From contig CBDASK010000003.1 of the NCBI GenBank assembly GCA_965199495.1, positions 672,001 to 736,000 of the forward strand: a DNA stretch of 64,000 bases. Reading direction: 5' to 3'. Within the stretch, counting starts at the first letter, position 1, and each line of letters opens with the position of its first letter. Made by a program: the position numbers and the translations under genes. Positions 48,822 to 58,454 of this stretch are shown here, one piece after another. Source of the DNA: Abditibacterium sp. (GTDB taxonomy: Bacteria > Armatimonadota > Abditibacteriia > Abditibacteriales > Abditibacteriaceae). A model generated the notes under the pieces. The model had not been told where the DNA came from and did no database searches. It was given only the letters and a program-made list of their open reading frames with translations.

Positions 48822-50735
48822 CTATTTCTGCAATTTCGCCCACGCCAACACGCCCGATACAAAACTCGACATCGCCCAACCGTGCGGCGCCGCCCAATAG
48901 GTTTGGCCTTCCGGCCCCTGCATGAGTTCGGGTAGCAACAATGTCGGCGTCGCGCGTTTGATGACGACGCGTAAAAAGCTCTGCGCGCGCTCGATGAGTT
49001 CGGCTTCGCCCGTCGCCGTGGCGACATGGAGGCAGCACCTCGCCATCCACAAAGTATTGACGCACGCCGGAACGCCGCCGACATATTCGTCGCCCTCAAA
49101 GCGCCGAATCGCGCGCGCGCCCATCCAATTCACTTCGAGTTTTTCCGTCACCGCCCGAATCGTGCCGCGCGCGATTGCGAGTTCGGCGGGCACGTTCAAA
49201 TCCAATAAACCAAACGGTTCGATGGCACCCAAACTCGCCGAATCCACGGTTTCATCGGGCGTTCCATCGGCGCGAAAACCGCGCACCAGATATTTGTAAT
49301 TGCCGTTATCGCGCACGAAATGTTTCAAAACGCCCGCCTTCATTTTGCGCGCAGCATTGAGATATTTTTGCTTGCCTGAAACGCGATGCGCCGTCAAAAA
49401 CGCGGCGTAAATTGCGGCGTTGGAATAGGTGAAAGAGCCGATGAAAGTTTCCCACGTATCGAAGGCGTTGAGATGCACGCCAGTTGCGCGGTCTTGCCGC
49501 GAAATCAAATAATCGGCGGCTTTAACCAACATTTTTTTGTGCGCGGCGGGAACGACGAAATCGGGGTACCCTTCGAGCCATTTGCCATAAGCCCAGCCGA
49601 CAGCGCCGACTTGATCAATTTGCAGCGTATCGGGCGGCAAACACCAGTTGGGCGCGACTTGACCGTTGAGAAAATATCGTTGATGCCACAATCCGCGCTC
49701 GTCTTGATGGCGCGCGCACCAATCGAACATCTGCGGCGCGGCGTCGGGGTAACCGGCGTCCAGTAGGCCGGAAACGTATTCGCCGCCGTCGCGCGGCCAA
49801 AAGTAGCCGTAGCCGCCGCACGAGATAAATTCGGGATCGAACTCCGGTGCAGCCACGGCGACGCCTTCGTCGCCGCGCAAAAGTGGCAATGCCAACAAAC
49901 TGCGTGCGTAAGTCTCTAATAAATCATCGGGCACGCGCGCGCCGGTCTGTTTTAATGTTTCCAATCCCGGCGCCAAAGTGCGCGCGTCGGCGGCCAAACG
50001 CGTCGCCAAAACCGCGTTAAAATCGCGCGTTTGCGCGGTTTGTAGAGTTTCAATCGCCGCGACTTGATCGGGCGCGAGGGCGAAAATCGCCAGCCGCTCG
50101 ACGCTTTCGCCCGGCTGCAACGCGACATAGAATCCGAACGCCCAGTTGACATCGCCGATTTCGAGTTGCTGGCACCCCAGCACGCCACTTTGCAACGCAT
50201 AGCGCGCGTTGTGCGCCCAGTTTTCGCCCGATTTGCCGCAGTGCCAACTTTCCAGCGCGTCGCCGCCGATGGCAACCGAGGCTTCGCGGTGGCTCTGCGT
50301 CAGAACACGCTTTTCAAAATCGAAAACCACGCCGTTGCCTTCGTGATGTCCGCCCAGCGCCCAGTGGCCGTAATGGTAAAAGCCGCCGTTTCGCCAGTCG
50401 TCGCCGATGTTTTCGACGCGGATGTGACGATACAAAACCGCCGCATCGTCGGGCATCACGTCGGTAAAAGTGACGCGAAAACCGTGACCGATCAAAACGG
50501 TTTGTAGCGCGTTGGAATCGGGCAAATAGCGCTGATTGCGCGACCAACTCTCTTCATAAAAATAGGAAAGTTGACCGCGCCCAGCGTCGCCCAGATAGGC
50601 GCAGGGCAGGCAGGAAGTGATGTGTTGGTCGGCGTCTTTGTGCGGATAAAACCAGCCCATCAATTCGCCCGAATGGCCGAGCGTGACGAGGTTATTGGCA
50701 TTGCCGAGAATGGAAGTCGGAAGAAAAACAGGCAT
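48822..50735 (-). CDS. Glycoside hydrolase family 15 (glucoamylase-like)
   Basis: AAPEFD..GGYGYFWPRDG, WHQRY, QIDQ, DTWE, RRFEGDEYVGG, LLPE. Confidence 0.87.
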   Translation of the reverse strand: MPVFLPTSILGNANNLVTLGHSGELMGWFYPHKDADQHITSCLPCAYLGDAGRGQLSYFYEESWSRNQRYLPDSNALQTVLIGHGFRVTFTDVMPDDAAVLYRHIRVENIGDDWRNGGFYHYGHWALGGHHEGNGVVFDFEKRVLTQSHREASVAIGGDALESWHCGKSGENWAHNARYALQSGVLGCQQLEIGDVNWAFGFYVALQPGESVERLAIFALAPDQVAAIETLQTAQTRDFNAVLATRLAADARTLAPGLETLKQTGARVPDDLLETYARSLLALPLLRGDEGVAVAAPEFDPEFISCGGYGYFWPRDGGEYVSGLLDAGYPDAAPQMFDWCARHQDERGLWHQRYFLNGQVAPNWCLPPDTLQIDQVGAVGWAYGKWLEGYPDFVVPAAHKKMLVKAADYLISRQDRATGVHLNAFDTWETFIGSFTYSNAAIYAAFLTAHRVSGKQKYLNAARKMKAGVLKHFVRDNGNYKYLVRGFRADGTPDETVDSASLGAIEPFGLLDLNVPAELAIARGTIRAVTEKLEVNWMGARAIRRFEGDEYVGGVPACVNTLWMARCCLHVATATGEAELIERAQSFLRVVIKRATPTLLLPELMQGPEGQTYWAAPHGWAMSSFVSGVLAWAKLQK

Positions 50736-50805
50736 TTTCGGAGAGCGAGTTTAACCTTTGCCGTGCCGTCCCGTGTTTGTGCGCACCAGTTACACTTTTG
50801 GCACA

Positions 50806-50985
50806 ATGAGAAGAGGAAATGTTATTTTCTGGCTGCTCCAACATCCGTGGGCGATAGTTCTGATCGCCGTTATTCTGCTGGCGACTGGAGCTTTCATCGT
50901 CTGGTATAACATTCAGGAAACCAATCAGAAAGAAATTCAGCGCAAACGTGACCGCGCGGATAACGGCAACATTTGGGACGATTGA
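50806..50985 (+). CDS. Small single-pass membrane protein
   Basis: 59 aa with one strong TM helix and a charged tail. Confidence 0.5.
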   Translation: MRRGNVIFWLLQHPWAIVLIAVILLATGAFIVWYNIQETNQKEIQRKRDRADNGNIWDD

Positions 50986-50994
50986 CGCTTTGAA

Positions 50995-51747
50995 TCAAGC
51001 CGGAGGAACGACCGGTTCGCGGCCATCGTAGCGCCACATCGGCGTGCTGGCCAGCGATTCCAATTTTTGCCATTTGACGTGACCATCCACATACAACAAG
51101 TTCACGCCGTCTTTGTGGCGAGGCAAGACGCCGCCATCTTTCAAATCGTCAACGCTCGTTATCGGATCAATGCCCGGATTGATCACGGCGTAGATGTTAT
51201 GAAAGTGGTAACTGTCATCGCTGCCGTCCAAAACTAAAATCGTGGTCGAAGGAAAACGGTAGCTCGACACGGACAAACTCGTCGGTTCGATGTGGAATTC
51301 TTTGGTAATTGTGCCGCCGTTTTGGGTCGTTTTTGTCTCGACAAAGGGCGTCACCATGTCGTAACTTCCGTTAAAGCCATCGCGAACTGGGGGCGAGGTG
51401 CCGGGAATTTCTTCCGTCAACGGAGGACAACCCGGCACATATTTGCCACGATTGGCCGAGGGACACTGAAAGAGCGCGGGCGATTTCGCATAGGGATAGA
51501 TTGCGTCCACCCAGGTGCATCCGGGACTGGTCTCGACGACTGGATAACGTTGACGATGATCGCTGGCGTAGAGAGACATCGCCTGACCGATCTGTCTCAG
51601 GTTGGAAGCGCAACTCGTCGTACGCGCGCCCTCGCGCGCGCTGTTGAAGACGGGAAAGAGCAACCCCGCCAGCATCACAACGATGCCGATGACGACGAGA
51701 ATCTCGATCAGGGTAAAGGCGTGCGCGCGAGAACGTTGATGCTTCAT
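50995..51747 (-). CDS. Prepilin-type N-terminal cleavage/methylation protein with H-X9-DG motif (DUF1559-like)
   Basis: AFTLIEILVVIGI, FPVF..ARE.AR..SCASNLRQIG, RHKDGVNLLYVDGHVKW. Confidence 0.9.
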   Translation of the reverse strand: MKHQRSRAHAFTLIEILVVIGIVVMLAGLLFPVFNSAREGARTTSCASNLRQIGQAMSLYASDHRQRYPVVETSPGCTWVDAIYPYAKSPALFQCPSANRGKYVPGCPPLTEEIPGTSPPVRDGFNGSYDMVTPFVETKTTQNGGTITKEFHIEPTSLSVSSYRFPSTTILVLDGSDDSYHFHNIYAVINPGIDPITSVDDLKDGGVLPRHKDGVNLLYVDGHVKWQKLESLASTPMWRYDGREPVVPPA

Positions 51748-51778
51748 TGGAACGGCTCCTTGCAAAGTTTGGTTGACA

Positions 51779-53617
51779 TTAGCGCCTTCTGCTGGGCGCA
51801 CGCGGCGCGGGCGCATTAAGCTGGCTGGAGTCAATGTAAATTATCGATTCGAGAAAGATCAGCGCCGACATTTTGTCGTCTTGACTCAATATGGCAAAAT
51901 TGAGAGAAGGCGGTGGAAGGGCGATTTCCGTCCCATACCCTACCATTATGTAATGGCGAGCCGCAAAGCCCGTCGTGTCACCCGATGGGCTTTCCCCTTT
52001 GCCCATACGATTACTAAATTGCAGCGAAAGACCGTTTTGCGCCAGTTCCTGATTGAGCGCTGGCTGAAATTTGAACAGGTTGCGAGCGACATTTTCGGCA
52101 ATAGGAATCGCGATGGCTTGGCGCCAACGGTTTTGCAGCGCGGGCGACAAAGACGAGAACGCCACGCCCTGCGGCGTTTTCAACGCTTCCAGTTCCACCT
52201 GCTCGATAGCCGCGCGCCCAAGCGCCGCATTTTCTTGTTCGCGGTCGGAGCGATTATAAAATTGAAATCGATAGCGATAACGCTGAGGATCGCCCATTTG
52301 CAGTAGTTTGAGATGCAGTTCGCCGCGCGTGTTGCCCTGCATGGAGTAAGCGTCTCCCGTTTTGTTCCACGATACGCCATAAACGCGGGCAAGCGATTCC
52401 ATGAACTTGGCAAGCGGCATCGCTTCGACGCGCGCGGTTAGCAGTTCATCTGCGGGCGCATCAGTTCCCAATTGCAAAGTCACTCCGCTTTGCGCCTGCA
52501 ATTGCGTCAACAGTTCGCGGAGCGGCAACCGTTTGACTTGCAGCGAGACTTCTTTTTGCAGCGCGGCATCGGAATCGAGTTGTGCATTGGCGATTTCACC
52601 ACCAAGGCCGCCGTAAACCGTGTTCAGAGTTTCGTCGTTAGCCGCATCAAACTTTGGCGCGAGCGGCGCCGGTTGCAAGGTTTGCTCGGCGGGCAGTTGC
52701 AGAGCCGCAGGAGCGTTCACCGCATCCATCTTGCTCAACGCAAATCTCGGTTGCGATTTGATCAACTTAAATCCCGCACCGGCTTCGTTTACATTCCCCT
52801 GCTCTTTTTCGACAGGCAACGAAGGAATTTCGACGCCAATAACGTCGGAACCTCCGTCCTCGAAAACGCGAATGCGCAGACGCGGATTTTTCCAGAAGTC
52901 ATCACTCAAAGCGAACAAGTTGCTTGGCATTGCCATGATCTCGCGCAGATCGAGTAAGACGCGCGCCCGCACATCGGGTGGCAGTTCGGCCAGAGCAAAA
53001 CGAATATCTATTTTTTTGTCCAACGCGGCAGTATTCTGTGTCCAACCCCGTTGATTTTTGAGCAGATTAAACAGCACAGTGCGCAACGCCTCCGGCGTCG
53101 TGGCGCCAGTGACGATGTCTTCGGGCGCCATGCCCTGCGCTTGCAAAGCCGCCGACGCCTTGGCAAAGCGGTCACGCTCGACTGCCTGAATGAGCGAAAG
53201 TTGAAGCGTCGCCAGTTGAACCGGATCGGGTTCGCTCCAAAACAAAAATGTGCGCTCATCCACGCGCAGAGTGCTGAGTTTTTCCTGAGAGGCGAAGTCG
53301 CCCATCACATTGATAAGACTGGAACCCCAGTGTTCCTGATATTCGCCTTTAAGACCGGCGACTGCTCCCGAAGTTGACGGATAAGCGGTAACGGGCGCCG
53401 GAGCCGGAAAATCGGTTGCATCGGCGATGAAGTTCACGCTGGCGGCGCGCGCCATATCAATCAGATAGCCGTCCGCTGTGGCTGTATCGAGCGGGCGCGT
53501 AATCTTTTGTTCGGTGACAGCGTCCAGCTTAACAGGTATCGCGCGCGCGGGCGCATGAGACAACAACAGCCACGTCCCCAGCACCGCAAATCCTTTGAAG
53601 TAATTCATGTCGGTCAT
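51779..53617 (-). CDS. Exported hypothetical protein with secretin-N-like segments
   Basis: Signal peptide ending ARA; VSLQVKRLPLRELLTQLQAQSGVTL. Confidence 0.65.
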   Translation of the reverse strand: MTDMNYFKGFAVLGTWLLLSHAPARAIPVKLDAVTEQKITRPLDTATADGYLIDMARAASVNFIADATDFPAPAPVTAYPSTSGAVAGLKGEYQEHWGSSLINVMGDFASQEKLSTLRVDERTFLFWSEPDPVQLATLQLSLIQAVERDRFAKASAALQAQGMAPEDIVTGATTPEALRTVLFNLLKNQRGWTQNTAALDKKIDIRFALAELPPDVRARVLLDLREIMAMPSNLFALSDDFWKNPRLRIRVFEDGGSDVIGVEIPSLPVEKEQGNVNEAGAGFKLIKSQPRFALSKMDAVNAPAALQLPAEQTLQPAPLAPKFDAANDETLNTVYGGLGGEIANAQLDSDAALQKEVSLQVKRLPLRELLTQLQAQSGVTLQLGTDAPADELLTARVEAMPLAKFMESLARVYGVSWNKTGDAYSMQGNTRGELHLKLLQMGDPQRYRYRFQFYNRSDREQENAALGRAAIEQVELEALKTPQGVAFSSLSPALQNRWRQAIAIPIAENVARNLFKFQPALNQELAQNGLSLQFSNRMGKGESPSGDTTGFAARHYIMVGYGTEIALPPPSLNFAILSQDDKMSALIFLESIIYIDSSQLNAPAPRAPSRRR

Positions 53618-53694
53618 AAAACAAATTCGATTTACACAATGAAGTATGAATTGAATTTCTCTGGATTGGGTATGTCAATTAACTCCGTCGTCGT

Positions 53695-53724
53695 ATTTTA
53701 CAAAGCGTTTACAATTTCTGTCAA
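53695..53724 (-). promoter_or_regulatory. Sigma70-like promoter
   Basis: TTGACA-18 nt-TAAAAT on the minus strand about 80 bp upstream of the 53617 start. Confidence 0.55.
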
Positions 53725-53774
53725 TCCTCGCGCACTCTTTATTTTTGCCAAATATCGCCAGTCGTCAATGGTTT

Positions 53775-53891
53775 TCACGATGGCGTCTGCCCGCGCCGCA
53801 GTTCATCCAAATAACCGTGAATCGCGGAGGCCATCGCGCTCAAGCCTTCGCCGACTGCTAAAGTCACGCGCTCGACCGCACCAGCGCGAAT
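53775..53891 (-). pseudogene. Remnant resembling the C-terminus of a thioredoxin-reductase-like flavoprotein
   Basis: Translates IRAGAVERVTLAVGEGLSAMASAIHGYLDELRRGQTPS*; no start codon, abuts the bioF stop. Confidence 0.5.
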
Positions 53892-53894
53892 GGA

Positions 53895-55082
53895 TCAGGG
53901 AAAAACGTCCGCAAAGCCCGCGATAATTCGTTCCAAATCGGCTTCGTTCCAACTCGCGTTGCTGGTCAGGCGCAAGCGTGCGCGCTTGACCGTCGGTGGA
54001 CGAACCGCCGGACACCATAAGTTGCGCTCCAACAATCGCGCCGACAGTTGCAACGCGGTTTCGCTACTTTGGGCGAAAACGGGTAAAATCGGCGAAATTT
54101 GCGGCGCAACATCGTATCCTAAGGCGCTAAGTTCACGATACAGCCACGCCGCGTTGGTGCGGCATTTTTGGACGTGTTCCGGCTCATTTTGGATGATGCG
54201 CAACGCCTGCAATGCCGCGCCAACGGCGGGCGGATTAAGGCCGGTCGAATAGACGAAACTGCGTGCGGCACCGACCAAATAATCGATCAAAACGCGCGGG
54301 CCGCAGACGAAACCGCCCTGACTGCCCAACGCTTTGGAAAGTGTGCCGAGTGTGACGATATTTCGAGAGCGGGGCTGACGCACCCTTCCAATCGGCGGGA
54401 GTTCTTCCAAAGTAGATTGATTGGAAGGGTGCGTCAGCCCCGCCTCGATTTTAAAATACTCTGCCGTCCCGCGCCCGCCCGCGCCCAAAGTTCCTGTCCC
54501 ATGCGCGTCGTCCAAAATTATAATCGCATCGAATTCGTGCCCCAATTCGACAATGGCGGGTAAATCGCACAAATCGCCGTCCATCGAGAAAACGCCATCG
54601 CAAACGATCAGCTTGCGCCCGGCGTGGCTGCTGGCCAAGAGCGCGCGTAATTTCTCGTTTGATTCCCAAAATCGCGTCGGAGATTTCGCCAATGCGCACG
54701 CATCCAATAGCGACGCGTGATTGCGCTTATGACAAAACAGCGCCGTTTCGTGGTTGCAAAGCGCCGTAATCACGCCGATGTTGGCGGCGTAACCCGACGA
54801 AAAAACGAGCGCCGCTTCGCAATTTTTAAATCTCGCCAATTCGCTTTCGAGTTCTTCGACCAACTCATAATGCCCCGAAACCAACCGCGAGGCGCGCGCG
54901 CCCGCGCCAAACTTCGCCGCCGCAGATTGCGCCGCTTCAATGACGCGCGGATGGACGGCCAAACCGAGATAATCGTTGGACGCCAAATCGAGCGCGCCGT
55001 CGGGCACGCGCCGCAGTTCGCGCGTCAAATGCGCGGCGGCGCGTTTGTCGAGTTCGCGTTGGAGTTCGTGCCAGAGTTTCAT
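53895..55082 (-). CDS. bioF: 8-amino-7-oxononanoate synthase with an in-frame repeat insertion
   Basis: ASNDYLGL, GARASRLVSG, FSSGYAAN, NHAS, DGVFSMDGD, DDAHG, GTLSKALG, VRPPTV. Confidence 0.93.
   Translation of the reverse strand: MKLWHELQRELDKRAAAHLTRELRRVPDGALDLASNDYLGLAVHPRVIEAAQSAAAKFGAGARASRLVSGHYELVEELESELARFKNCEAALVFSSGYAANIGVITALCNHETALFCHKRNHASLLDACALAKSPTRFWESNEKLRALLASSHAGRKLIVCDGVFSMDGDLCDLPAIVELGHEFDAIIILDDAHGTGTLGAGGRGTAEYFKIEAGLTHPSNQSTLEELPPIGRVRQPRSRNIVTLGTLSKALGSQGGFVCGPRVLIDYLVGAARSFVYSTGLNPPAVGAALQALRIIQNEPEHVQKCRTNAAWLYRELSALGYDVAPQISPILPVFAQSSETALQLSARLLERNLWCPAVRPPTVKRARLRLTSNASWNEADLERIIAGFADVFP
54369..54443. repeat. Palindromic element inside the bioF coding sequence
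   Basis: GCGGGGCTGACGCACCCTTCCAATC ... GATTGGAAGGGTGCGTCAGCCCCGC (25-bp perfect arms, 75 bp total). Confidence 0.93.
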
Positions 55083-56074
55083 TGCGGCATCAACTCGCTG
55101 AGTTCGGCGGGCGAAACTTTGTCGCGCAACCAATCGCGCAAATCGAGTAACGATTCCAAACGCTCGTGCTGAGAAGGCGGCACAATTGCCAATCGCCAGA
55201 CATAGCCATGCCGGTGGCTGTAGTGGCGCGCGGCGGAATAACGTTCCATTGGCTGATTCATGTTTAAGCCGAAATGCGCGAAAACCAAAGCGAACAGACG
55301 ATATTGGGATTCGGAAAACTCCTGGATATTAGTGCCATCGAAAATATGGCTATGGATCGTCTCGCCCGCAGCAAAGGGCAAATACATCGCTCCCAGCTCA
55401 AAAACCAAATCGCGTCCCATGCCGCTTTGCCAGTTGACATCCACACCCGCAATCGCGCGCAACAAACGCTCGCACTCGTCCAAATCGCCGCGCTCGGCGC
55501 GCGCCCAGACGCGATTGCGTTGGACGTGGCTCCAACCCAGCCACGCCCATGAAAAAGCGCAATCGCTGTTTTTGTCACCCAACATCGCGCGCACTTCGGC
55601 TTCGATTTCCGCATCAGTTGCGCGCGTGCGCCACCAATTCGGCAATTCCCGGTTCGGTTGTAAATTATGCCATCGAAACGGCGCGATTTCGCCATCGGGC
55701 GCCTGCCAGCAACTTTGGCCGTTCGGACTCAAAATCAGTTCGCCCGCCCAATTCCCGCGATTCTTGATCAACTTTTGGTCGGCTCCGAAAAACAGGTCGC
55801 GCATAAACCCGCCTTTGATGAGCGTTGTCAGATTGACCTTTTGACGCGGCGCTGTTCTTCCAAACGCAAAGCGCAGGAGCGGCGCATGGGGCGTTTCGCG
55901 GCGGGCGACTAAATCGAATTTTCCGTTGCTCAATCGAATCCAACGCGCGCAGTAAAATGAGGCCGCGAGCCGAAGCCCCACACGCACTCGCATTTCGGCG
56001 GGCGCACACAACGGCTCGCCGGACGCCAAGTCGCCGACCTCGTGGGGCGCCAGACAAAGTGCGGGCAAAGACAT
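55079..56074 (-). CDS. Hypothetical Trp-rich protein
   Basis: 331-aa ORF co-oriented with neighbours; stop overlaps the bioF start. Confidence 0.6.
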   Translation of the reverse strand: MSLPALCLAPHEVGDLASGEPLCAPAEMRVRVGLRLAASFYCARWIRLSNGKFDLVARRETPHAPLLRFAFGRTAPRQKVNLTTLIKGGFMRDLFFGADQKLIKNRGNWAGELILSPNGQSCWQAPDGEIAPFRWHNLQPNRELPNWWRTRATDAEIEAEVRAMLGDKNSDCAFSWAWLGWSHVQRNRVWARAERGDLDECERLLRAIAGVDVNWQSGMGRDLVFELGAMYLPFAAGETIHSHIFDGTNIQEFSESQYRLFALVFAHFGLNMNQPMERYSAARHYSHRHGYVWRLAIVPPSQHERLESLLDLRDWLRDKVSPAELSELMPQ

Positions 56075-56112
56075 TGGCGTTTCAGTGAATTAAGCGCACG
56101 GTTTCCCCACTT

Positions 56113-56844
56113 TTACTTTTTCGGCGGCGGCGTCCAATCTGGAATTTCGTCGTCGGGAATCGCGCCATATAAGGCGGCGCGATGACCGCCGCGTAGCGCC
56201 CAACCCGGTTCGCCATAACTCCAATGCCACCATTCGCCGCGAAAATTGGTGAGGCCCGATTCGGTCAAGACGCCGCTCAACAAATCGCGGTTGTGGCGGG
56301 CTTCGTCGCTCAAACCTTCTTTGGCAAACGGCGCGCTGTCCCAACCCATTTCGTAGGGCGAAGTGAAATCCAGACGCTCGCCGTGTTTGTCCACGATGCC
56401 CAGATCAACGGCGCCACCCGTCGTGTGCGGCGGCGGCGTGTCCCAAATCGGCGGCGCCGAAAAGACGTTGATATATTGCGTCAAAAATTCTTCGCTCCAA
56501 TGCGGGTTTTTCTCGCGCTGTTCGGCTTTCACGATGTCATACATCGCTTTTTGCGTGGCGAATGGGCGAAACACGCCGATGATGATGAGCGACAAATCGG
56601 GCGGCAACAGGCTTTGCGCGTTGGCCAACATTTTGGCGAGCGATTCGCGCCCCAGACCGTAACGAGGAAAATCGAAACGCGCGTTGTTCTCGTGAAACCA
56701 GTGCATTTCGGGCGCATACTGGAAAACGTCAACGAGCGGTTCGCCGTTGTCTTCGATGGGAATCGGGATGAGAAGTTCGAGCGGTTCGCCAAAAGTATCA
56801 ATTTCGGGGAGCGTGGGGGTTTCGGGAAGTTGGGTGTCGGACAT
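56113..56844 (-). CDS. M15 D-alanyl-D-alanine dipeptidase-like metallopeptidase
   Basis: FRPFATQ, PPPHTTGGAVDL, GEWWHWSYG. Confidence 0.85.
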   Translation of the reverse strand: MSDTQLPETPTLPEIDTFGEPLELLIPIPIEDNGEPLVDVFQYAPEMHWFHENNARFDFPRYGLGRESLAKMLANAQSLLPPDLSLIIIGVFRPFATQKAMYDIVKAEQREKNPHWSEEFLTQYINVFSAPPIWDTPPPHTTGGAVDLGIVDKHGERLDFTSPYEMGWDSAPFAKEGLSDEARHNRDLLSGVLTESGLTNFRGEWWHWSYGEPGWALRGGHRAALYGAIPDDEIPDWTPPPKK

Positions 56845-56878
56845 TAAATTCTGGTTCGAGAGTTGGCACTCGCCTACG

Positions 56879-56980
56879 TCCCGTAGAGACGCCGATTTAT
56901 CGCGTCTAAAACGGTGAAATTGCCATTACGTTGAGGCAATTCTACCATTTTAGACGCGATAAATCGGCGTCTCTACGGGA
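56879..56980. repeat. GTAG-family REP-like inverted doublet
   Basis: 33-bp perfect arms TCCCGTAGAGACGCCGATTTATCGCGTCTAAAA. Confidence 0.93.
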
Positions 56981-56990
56981 ATCAAAACAA

Positions 56991-57962
56991 CTATTTGCTC
57001 ATTAAAGGCATCATTTCTGCCGAACCGAACACGCCATAAATGCCGCGCCCTTGCAGCCACGCCGCGCGCGCCAGATAACCCAGCGCGGTGCCGCAGACGT
57101 TCGCCGCCATCGTGGTTTCATCGCCCAAAATAAATTGGTGTTCGCTGCGCTGGCCATCGAAGGTGATGCCGGTCAGCGTCATCGTCGTCGAAACTGGCTT
57201 TTTGGCGTTACGCGTGTCCATCACGCCGCCGACGGTCACGCAATCGCGGTCGCAAATGCCAGCGCGTTCGAGCATTACGTCGTCGGCGTGTTCCATATTA
57301 TAAAGCGTCAATTTGCCATCAGTCGCGTTGAGCAGTTCTTCGACTTCGCCGTCGCTTAAAGTTTTGGCCGAATCAACGTCGAAGCCGGGCAGATGCGCGA
57401 TGTCTTCGCGGATCGTGGCTTTATAATCGTCCCAGCGCGCGATGCCGACGCCCCACCAGATGTGGACTTTCTCGACTTTAACGAACGATTGCGCCGCAAT
57501 CGCCGCCGCCGCCGTCAACAAGCCCGGCGTGGCTCCGCAACCGCTGAGATAAGTGCATTTGGATTGTTTGAGCAAATCGTCCAACTCGAACATCATTTCC
57601 ATCGCGCGCGTGCGCTTGAGGGCGTCAACCATCGCGCCCTGAAAACCGCCCGCCAGAAAACGCTGCACGACGCACGGAATAAAATCGTTGGGCAAGTTGG
57701 GCAACGCCACGAAAACCGCGTCGAATTCGGTGTGACGCTGAATCAATTCGCCGATGGCGTCTTCGCTGCGCTGACCGTTTTTCATTTGCGAAACCGAGCC
57801 GCCGACTTTGACATTTTGTAATTCTGAGGCGTCAATGCCGTTTTGGTCGAAGACGAAGCCGCCCAAATCGGCGATGGCGACGAGTTGTAGGGTTTCTTTT
57901 TGCGAGATGATATGGGCGGCGGCTTTGCCTAAGCCACCAGCGCCTAAAATTGCGATTTTCAT
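56991..57962 (-). CDS. bioU: BioU-type dehydrogenase (replaces BioA in biotin synthesis)
   Basis: GAGGLG, ALPNLPN, VDALKRT, GCGATPGLLTAAA, ATIREDIAHLPG, MEHADD, LGDETTMAANV; near bioF. Confidence 0.85.
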   Translation of the reverse strand: MKIAILGAGGLGKAAAHIISQKETLQLVAIADLGGFVFDQNGIDASELQNVKVGGSVSQMKNGQRSEDAIGELIQRHTEFDAVFVALPNLPNDFIPCVVQRFLAGGFQGAMVDALKRTRAMEMMFELDDLLKQSKCTYLSGCGATPGLLTAAAAIAAQSFVKVEKVHIWWGVGIARWDDYKATIREDIAHLPGFDVDSAKTLSDGEVEELLNATDGKLTLYNMEHADDVMLERAGICDRDCVTVGGVMDTRNAKKPVSTTMTLTGITFDGQRSEHQFILGDETTMAANVCGTALGYLARAAWLQGRGIYGVFGSAEMMPLMSK

Positions 57963-57974
57963 GATTTTTATTTT

Positions 57975-58454
57975 GCCACAGAGGGCACAGAGGAACACAG
58001 AGAGTTTGCAGGGAAACCCTAAATTGTGTGGAGATTTTAGTTGTGAATTCTTTTGATGCCTAACTTCGCTTCGCCAAAGTTGAGTATGAGGCAAAGTGGA
58101 CTTCCCGCCGTCGTAAGATAATTCAGAGCTTGGGCCACATGAGCGTTGGAAATCGAGTTGATAGCTTTGAGTTCGAGAATTATCGTGTTGTTCACCACGA
58201 TGTCGGCTATGAAATGCCCGACGACGATACCATCGTAATATACATCCAAAGGCACTTGCCGCTCCACATGAAAATGGTTTTTGCTCAGTTCGTGGAAAAG
58301 AGCGTTTTCATACACCTTCTCTAAATAACCGGGCCGCAGTTTCCGAGCGACCTTGATGGCATATCCAATTACCAAACCCGAAAGTTCGTTCAATTTCTCT
58401 TCTTCCATAATGTTTCTCTGAAACCTCTCTGTGTTCCTCTGTGAACTCTGTGGC
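57975..58454 (-). mobile_element. Candidate inverted-repeat-bounded GxxExxY element (480 bp)
   Basis: 43-bp imperfect inverted repeats at 57975-58017 and 58412-58454 enclosing one gene; gene-less relatives at 2483 and 8228. Confidence 0.7.
58037..58408 (-). CDS. GxxExxY protein (PD-(D/E)xK nuclease-like)
   Basis: PGYLEKVYENAL, ADIVV..IILELKA, AQALNYL, LILNFG. Confidence 0.92.
   Translation of the reverse strand: MEEEKLNELSGLVIGYAIKVARKLRPGYLEKVYENALFHELSKNHFHVERQVPLDVYYDGIVVGHFIADIVVNNTIILELKAINSISNAHVAQALNYLTTAGSPLCLILNFGEAKLGIKRIHN

Noticed and set aside
57963..58094. 44-aa N-terminal extension of BioU in the ORF track
   Set aside because: It runs through the inverted-repeat arm and overlaps the GxxExxY gene; the Rossmann motif starts at MKIAILG (57962).
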